A DNA stretch of 64,000 bases from an uncultured Lachnospiraceae bacterium (GTDB lineage Bacteria > Bacillota > Clostridia > Lachnospirales > Lachnospiraceae), in contig CAOKWI010000004.1 in NCBI GenBank assembly GCA_948473115.1, forward strand, positions 24,546 through 88,545, read 5' to 3'. The stretch's first letter is position 1; each line of letters opens with the position of its first letter. Shown piece after piece: positions 58,475 through 64,000 of the stretch. The position numbers and the translations under genes are program-made. Below the pieces are notes generated by a model, which saw only the letters and a program-made list of their open reading frames with translations, did not search any database and was not told the origin of the DNA.

Positions 58475-58648
58475 CTGTCACGAGCCTGCTATGATTCCTC
58501 CGTTGGGATGGGGCGCCTGCCCTGTCTCACAGCCGGAATCCCCGGATGCCGGAAACGCAGGAGAATTGCGCCGGATTATATTCTCTTTATCCACGGCATT
58601 CCACGTCCGTATGCCATCCGTCATAAATCATGGAATTTATGATACACA

Positions 58649-58690
58649 GAAACAGCCGTTGTCAGCGTAAAACCGACAACCGGCTGTTTT
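58649..58690. terminator. Bidirectional terminator between convergent genes
   Basis: AAACAGCCGTTGTC...GACAACCGGCTGTTTT. Confidence 0.7.
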
Positions 58691-58729
58691 CCTGCTTTGC
58701 TTATGATGCCTTCCCTGCCGGTTTCGAAC

Positions 58730-59530
58730 CTATGGCCTCTGTCCCATACCGCCTTCAAGCGTCAGCGTTTCCCCTGACATATACTTGAAATCAGGTGATG
58801 CCAACTGCACACAGACTCTGCCGATCTCAAGCTCTGAATCTCCGTAATGCCCCATGGGCGGCATCTTCACATTCTGCTTAAACGCTTCCGGATAAGCTTC
58901 CTCAAACTGTTCCAGCTGGGCAGTCCAGGCCAACGGACAGACGATATTCACATTGATTCCGTCAGGCCCCCACTCAGTAGCCGCCACACGCGTGAGACCA
59001 CGGATGCCTTCTTTGGCCGCCGCGTATGCGCACTGCCCGAAATTGCCAAACAGCCCCGCACCGGAAGCGAAATTAATGACTGAGCCTTTGCTCTCTTTCA
59101 GATACGGATAGCACGCCTTCATGTAGCAGAACGCTGCGTACAGACCAGAGTACATGGCCAAATCAAACTGCTCCATAGTATGATCCGCAAGGGTAACCCC
59201 TGATGCCGAGGCCTGGGCATTATTGATCAGCACCTGGATCCCGCCAAACTCTTCTATCGTCCGTTTTACCACGCCTTCTGCCACAGCTATGTTGTCCGCA
59301 CCGGCATTGATATCCGCCTGCAGCGTAAGCACCTTGATTCCGTACTTTGCCTCCAGTTCCTCCTTGGCGTCCGTCAGCTTCTTTACGTTACGTCCGGTAA
59401 TAACCAGATTTGCGCCCTCTTTTGCATATGCCGTCGCAATACCGTAACCGATGGAACCGCATCTGCCGTCTTTCAAAACAGCGCGTCCCGCCCCTGTAAT
59501 GATTGCCGTCTTACCTGTTAAAAATCCCAT
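58730..59530 (-). CDS. SDR oxidoreductase, probable bile-acid 12alpha-hydroxysteroid dehydrogenase
   Basis: SIGYGIATAYAKEGANLVITGRN, NNAQASASG, YAAAKEGIRG, ETLTLEGGMGQRP match clostridial 12alpha-HSDH sequences as recalled. Confidence 0.8.
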   Translation of the reverse strand: MGFLTGKTAIITGAGRAVLKDGRCGSIGYGIATAYAKEGANLVITGRNVKKLTDAKEELEAKYGIKVLTLQADINAGADNIAVAEGVVKRTIEEFGGIQVLINNAQASASGVTLADHTMEQFDLAMYSGLYAAFCYMKACYPYLKESKGSVINFASGAGLFGNFGQCAYAAAKEGIRGLTRVAATEWGPDGINVNIVCPLAWTAQLEQFEEAYPEAFKQNVKMPPMGHYGDSELEIGRVCVQLASPDFKYMSGETLTLEGGMGQRP

Positions 59531-59791
59531 AATATACCTCCGCTTCACCAAAATATTGTAATAAGAAATCAGTAATTTCCTTTACATGGTAAAGTATAAC
59601 ACATCATTCTGATTTTTTCACTATAATCCTGAAATTTCAGTTTTTAATCATTCATGCTTCTATAACACCCACTATGGGGCAAAATGAGGTAAGGGGAAAC
59701 GTATACCCAAATGTAATTGACGTTATGATAGAAATTGTACTATACTTGGAACTGAAAAATGAAAATACATTTGATATTGGAGGCATACAGT

Positions 59792-60253
59792 ATGAACTTA
59801 TTATCTATGATGAATGCGCAATTTGAAAGTATATATCCTCTGGCTGAAATAGCAGGCTTTGAAGTTACTCCAAATGATATAAATAGAATCATTGAGATAG
59901 CCCAGATTTCATTACCAGGAATGTTACAGGAAATTTGGGAAAACGGAAAGCTTTACGGTCTAAAAGTAAAAGGAACTTCAATCATTATACAGCTATGTTA
60001 TCCAATGGACATTTTGGATATGGATGAAAATTATCCGTATTTTAAAGAAGATGTTCAGGCAGGGCTGATTTTTGCTACAGATTTAGGTGAAGAAGTATAT
60101 TATTATGGCATTGGCCGAAATGGTTTAGGATTGTATATTGCCGGAGCAGGAGACGGAAATTTTTATGAAGAAGCAACCAAATTTGCGTCTACATTTGAAG
60201 ATTTTTTTATTGACGGAAAGGGCATTGAAATTCTAAAGGAATATTACAAATGA
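59792..60253 (+). CDS. SMI1/KNR4 (SUKH) family protein
   Basis: 'LPGMLQEIW..G', 'LIFATDLGEEVYYY', 'FASTFEDFF'; AT-rich; GGAGG RBS; TTGACG-N18-TATACT upstream. Confidence 0.75.
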   Translation: MNLLSMMNAQFESIYPLAEIAGFEVTPNDINRIIEIAQISLPGMLQEIWENGKLYGLKVKGTSIIIQLCYPMDILDMDENYPYFKEDVQAGLIFATDLGEEVYYYGIGRNGLGLYIAGAGDGNFYEEATKFASTFEDFFIDGKGIEILKEYYK

Positions 60254-60361
60254 CCCAAAATACACAGACCGAATAACAATTATCAGAAAGAGAAGCTGAG
60301 TACCTTTTATTCGGTCTTTCAATCGTTCCTGTATGGATAGTTCCGTGCTCTCCCTCCTTGC

Positions 60362-61000
60362 CTACTTTGCTGGAATCCAGCCTTCGTTGCTCCAGAACCA
60401 ACTGCCCCATAGTGGGCAGCCCAAAGGCTCCTCCTCCGGCTGATACTGATGGAGAATTTCCAAAGGATATCCCATGCTGTTTAGAAGCGCCTGAAAAAAA
60501 ATCTCCCGTATTGCTTTGTCCTCCGAAGTATCCAAGTCAATGAAATGCCCATCCCGAAGAAGAAAATACAATTTTTTTTCCAGCCTGATAATATAAGGAA
60601 TATCTTCTCGTCCTGGTACAAGATATACTTCATGAGCAGAACCATCCTCTTTAATATGAAAATGACGATTAGGAATCATCTGAAAGAAGAAGTTTCCACC
60701 ACGTTCTGGCAGGTTATGGCTCCTAGGCCCCATAAATACATCCATAATCCATTCGTTCCAGCATTTTTCTTTGGTTTGGTATCCACTGTTGGACACGCCA
60801 AAACGAACTGACAATCCTGCGGTGCGAATCTTGTTCTTTTTTAAGAAAAGATTCACTCCTTGGATAATATCCGCTAAATCCTGAACCCTACACAGAATGC
60901 CATAGTCTGCCGCCTCGGAATAAAGTTTCGACTCTTCCGGATAGCCGTATACCCTCCCTTCGTCAAACATCCGCTTTCCCTCCTTCATATAAAATCCCAA
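60362..61000 (-). CDS. Hypothetical protein
   Basis: 212-aa AT-rich ORF; start may be the Met behind GAAGGAGGG at about 60970. Confidence 0.6.
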   Translation of the reverse strand: MGFYMKEGKRMFDEGRVYGYPEESKLYSEAADYGILCRVQDLADIIQGVNLFLKKNKIRTAGLSVRFGVSNSGYQTKEKCWNEWIMDVFMGPRSHNLPERGGNFFFQMIPNRHFHIKEDGSAHEVYLVPGREDIPYIIRLEKKLYFLLRDGHFIDLDTSEDKAIREIFFQALLNSMGYPLEILHQYQPEEEPLGCPLWGSWFWSNEGWIPAK

Positions 61001-61138
61001 TTCTTAATTTACTGCTCTGCTTTTTGTATTATACCACATTTCCGAGAACGTGGAAATAGTGAGTTATTCGGGCTGATTTCCTACCTTATGGATACGGCAC
61101 GGGCAGACAAAAAAGTGTAGACTTGAGACAAGTCATCG

Positions 61139-61406
61139 ATGGACAAGTATATCCCTACCCAGCTTTTCAAGCAAGCTGTTTCCCTCTCCAAACAGGCAAG
61201 GGCGATTGAAGCGGCGATTGACGGCATTACCCCTCTGAACACTGGAAAAAAGAAAGCGGACACAAACATCCCCCAACATGGGATAGAAGCCCTTGCCCAA
61301 TGCCTGCTACCCGAAATTCAGAAATTCTTTGAAAGCCCAGAGGGAAGGATTTGAAGAATGGAAAGCGCAGAGGGAAAAGAAAACAAAAAAGAAAAGGAAC
61401 GTATGA
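61139..61406 (+). pseudogene. Chimeric remnant of mobile-element genes (relaxase-like fragment plus frameshifted small protein)
   Basis: 'IPTQLFKQAVSLSKQARAIEAAIDGITPLN.GKKK' joined to 'IEALAQCLLPEIQKFFESPEG', continuing in another frame as FEEWKAQREKK. Confidence 0.55.
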
Positions 61407-61407
61407 G

Positions 61408-61443
61408 AAAAGCGGCGGTATCACTCACGATACTGCCGCTTTT
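61408..61443. terminator. Bidirectional terminator hairpin
   Basis: AAAAGCGGCGGTATC/GATACTGCCGCTTTT. Confidence 0.7.
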
Positions 61444-61518
61444 GCTTATTTAGCACTCAAGATATACTAAAAATCCGAAGCCGTCCCCAACTGGAACCGG
61501 GTTCGGATTATCATTATC

Positions 61519-61604
61519 TGGTGCCGGCAGCGGGACTTGAACCCGCACGTGGTTGCCCACAACAGATTTTGAGTCTGCCTCGTCTGCCATTCCGACACGC
61601 CGGC
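61519..61604 (-). tRNA. tRNA-Leu (CAA)
   Basis: GCCGGCG acceptor stem, D-loop GGAATGGCAGAC, anticodon loop CTCAAAA, long variable arm, GGTTCAAGTCC, encoded CCA. Confidence 0.97.
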
Positions 61605-61681
61605 CTATGTGAAGAATCTCCACAACAAATTGATTCTAACACAGAAATTCCTGATTGGCAAGTCCAAAATTTTTCTTTTCA

Positions 61682-61788
61682 CTTTTGGCATCATGTCAGG
61701 GCATTCCGCTCATGCATTGATTCGCCTTTCGTGCTCAGTGCGCAGGCACCCACGCATGATTTATGAGTCAATGCATGGCTGAACTGTT
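61682..61788 (-). repeat. Dispersed structured repeat B, copy 2
   Basis: Reverse complement aligns with 38077-38183; supplies the stop codon of the S66 peptidase gene. Confidence 0.88.
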
Positions 61789-62847
61789 GCCACCATCAAA
61801 ACGCATCCCCACTTCGATGTCATTTCCGCACACTGTCACCTCCGCCATGCTGCCCACCACAAGCGGCATCATCGGAGGCATATGCCCCAGATCCACATCC
61901 ATGACCACAGGCACCCCTTTCCTGCCCGCCACCTCCAGCATGGCCTGATAGGCATCCAGTCCCATCATCTCTTCACCGTTCCGGGGTCTGCCGATCAAAA
62001 AGCCCTTTACATGCCGGAACCAGCCTGTCTGCTCCAGCTGCCACATGGCGCGGCGCGTCGCAAACACATTCAGATCACAGGCTTCCAGAAACCAGATAAT
62101 ACCGTCTTCCCGATATTTCTCCACAAACTCCACCGTCTTGTCAAATCGCGTGCCGGAAAGATTCACCAGGCAGTCCAGGCATCCGCCCAGAAGCCTTCCT
62201 GAGAACCGGAGCGGTTTCCGCTCTTTTGTCTCCGCAGAACAGATTTCTTCCCTCCCGACAAAGCTTCGGATCCGCAGCGGCTCTGTCACATGGTAAGGGG
62301 TCAACGGATGCTCCTCGTCCTTCAGCGACTCCTTCTCCCACAGTCCATAGCCGTGCACGGACTGCCGCTCTCCCGTCAATACCCCAAGCGTATCCCCCAG
62401 CGATTCATGCCAGGGCTCCATACCGAATGCCCCCGCGCAGGGTCCGTATACGGAAGCGGTATCCGCCAGCGTGGCAAGCAGATAGGTCAGGTTTGTATTG
62501 TCAGAATACCCCATGAACCACTTCGGCTCCATTCCCGACAGCTTTTCAAAATCCACATAAGGTAGGATCTCACACATCAGTTCCCCGCCGCCGCAGGAAA
62601 TCAGACAGTCCACATCCTTCCTCCCGAACATCTCCATGACCTCCGCTCCGCATTTTTCGGGAGTATTGCTGATTCCCACGCCGGTGCCTTTATAACAGTT
62701 AGGACCCAGAACCATCCTGTATCCCAATCCCGCAAATTTCTTTTGGGCATGATCAAATGCGCTCAGATAAGGTTCTGTGGCACATCCACAGGAAGGCGCC
62801 ATAAAACCTATGGTTCCTCCCCGCTGTAAACATTTCGGAAATCTCAT
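61768..62847 (-). CDS. S66 family peptidase (LD-carboxypeptidase/MccF-like)
   Basis: IGFMAPS, FMGYSDNT, GRLLGGCLD, FLEA, DLGH. Confidence 0.9.
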   Translation of the reverse strand: MRFPKCLQRGGTIGFMAPSCGCATEPYLSAFDHAQKKFAGLGYRMVLGPNCYKGTGVGISNTPEKCGAEVMEMFGRKDVDCLISCGGGELMCEILPYVDFEKLSGMEPKWFMGYSDNTNLTYLLATLADTASVYGPCAGAFGMEPWHESLGDTLGVLTGERQSVHGYGLWEKESLKDEEHPLTPYHVTEPLRIRSFVGREEICSAETKERKPLRFSGRLLGGCLDCLVNLSGTRFDKTVEFVEKYREDGIIWFLEACDLNVFATRRAMWQLEQTGWFRHVKGFLIGRPRNGEEMMGLDAYQAMLEVAGRKGVPVVMDVDLGHMPPMMPLVVGSMAEVTVCGNDIEVGMRFDGGNSSAMH

Positions 62848-62906
62848 CTCTTCCTCCAAAATTATTGACGAGCGGTCATTCATACATCCACATCCGGCCG
62901 GAAAAG

Positions 62907-64000
62907 TCACTGCTCCGGAAACAGCTTCCCAAATATCTCAAACCCGTCAAATGTCGCGAAATAATCCCTGGGTGTCTCTGCACGGCGGATCAGCTGCACG
63001 GAGCCGTCCTCATGAAGCAGAAGCTCCGCTGATTTCAGCTTGCCGTTATAATTATACCCCATGGAGAAGCCATGGGCCCCGGTGTCATGGATCGCGATAT
63101 AGTCCCCGATCTCCACCTCCGGGAGCATTCTGTCAATGGCAAACTTATCATTATTCTCGCAGAGCGAACCAGTCACATCATACTTGTGGTCGCAGGGCAG
63201 CTCCTCTTTTCCCAGGACGGTGATGTGATGGTAAGCGCCGTACATGGCAGGGCGCATCAGATTCACCGCGCAGGCGTCCACCCCCAGATATTCCTTGTGC
63301 GTATGCTTCTGATGTATCACCTTCGTCACCAGGTGCCCGTAAGGTCCCATCATGAAACGCCCCAGTTCCGTGTAGATCGCCACATCCCCCATCCCCGCGG
63401 GGACAAGGATCTCCTCATAGACCTTACGCACACTGTCGCCGATCACCCTGATATCATTTGGTGTCTGGTCAGGACGGTAGGGAATGCCGATGCCGCCGGA
63501 CAGATTGATGAACCGGATCCGTGCGCCGGTCTGCTCCTTCAACTGCACTGCCAACTCAAACATCTGCTTCGCCAGGGTGGGATAATACTCATTGGTCACG
63601 GTATTGCTGGCAAGGAACGCATGGATGCCGAAATTCTTCACACCCTTTTCCTTCAGGATCTTATAACCTTCAAACATCTGCTCTGTGGTAAACCCGTACT
63701 TCGCGTCACCGGGATTGTCCATGATATCCGTCCCCAGGGAAAAATATCCGCCGGGATTATAACGGCAGCTCAGTGTCTCAGGCAGATAGCCCAGTGTCTT
63801 CTCCAGGAAATCAATATGGGTGATATCGTCCAGATTGATCGTCGCTCCGATCTTCGCCGCCAGTTCAAAATCCTCCGCGGGGGTATCATTGGAGGAAAAC
63901 ATGATATCCTCCCCCTTCATTCCCACCGCATGGCTGAGCATCAGTTCCGTCAGGGAAGAACAGTCACAGCCACAGCCATACTCTCTCAGGATATTGATCA
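62907..64000 (-). CDS. lysA: Diaminopimelate decarboxylase (5' end outside the window)
   Basis: INLSGGIG, ELGRF, RPAMYGAYH, GSLCENND, DTGAHG..MGYNYN. Confidence 0.93.
   Translation of the reverse strand, partial: INILREYGCGCDCSSLTELMLSHAVGMKGEDIMFSSNDTPAEDFELAAKIGATINLDDITHIDFLEKTLGYLPETLSCRYNPGGYFSLGTDIMDNPGDAKYGFTTEQMFEGYKILKEKGVKNFGIHAFLASNTVTNEYYPTLAKQMFELAVQLKEQTGARIRFINLSGGIGIPYRPDQTPNDIRVIGDSVRKVYEEILVPAGMGDVAIYTELGRFMMGPYGHLVTKVIHQKHTHKEYLGVDACAVNLMRPAMYGAYHHITVLGKEELPCDHKYDVTGSLCENNDKFAIDRMLPEVEIGDYIAIHDTGAHGFSMGYNYNGKLKSAELLLHEDGSVQLIRRAETPRDYFATFDGFEIFGKLFPEQ

Noticed and set aside
59560-59760. attL copy of the tRNA-Leu 3' end, or a toxin C-terminal remnant
   Set aside because: No repeat of the tRNA 3' sequence and no convincing reading frame
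61521-61766. 81-aa ORF MPAAGLEPARG
   Set aside because: Antisense translation of tRNA-Leu

Overview
Chromosomal window from a Bacillota anaerobe, most likely a gut Lachnospiraceae (inferred from gene content and protein sequences), with almost all genes on the minus strand. Core genes: rpmF, yceD, a T-box-controlled trpE-trpGD-trpC-trpF-trpB-trpA operon, PPi-type pfk, ackA-pta, tmcAL, coaE, polA, metY, tRNA-Leu(CAA) and a partial lysA. Accessory modules: a BcrA/LanF-type ABC transporter; a 12-kb seven-gene MoxR/DUF58/triple-VWA/ABC membrane operon; a LytTR-DUF3021-ABC unit; a relBE-type pair whose toxin has a premature stop; two SigV/RsiV-like ECF modules; an FtsA-like actin ATPase with beta-grasp repeats; a kinase-less pseudo-receiver LytTR regulator with two ABC exporter subunits; a probable bile-acid 12alpha-HSDH; and a decayed element beside the tRNA carrying an orphan SMI1/KNR4 gene. 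The most unusual non-coding signal is a set of modular dispersed palindromic repeats. Some pairs show compensatory base changes, one pair has its interior inverted relative to its flanks, and one module lies in frame inside polA. Several operon junctions also consist of tandem copies of the upstream gene's 3' end. All calls come from reading the sequence by eye and from recalled family motifs; no searches were run. Several start codons were moved from the ORF track to RBS-supported positions.
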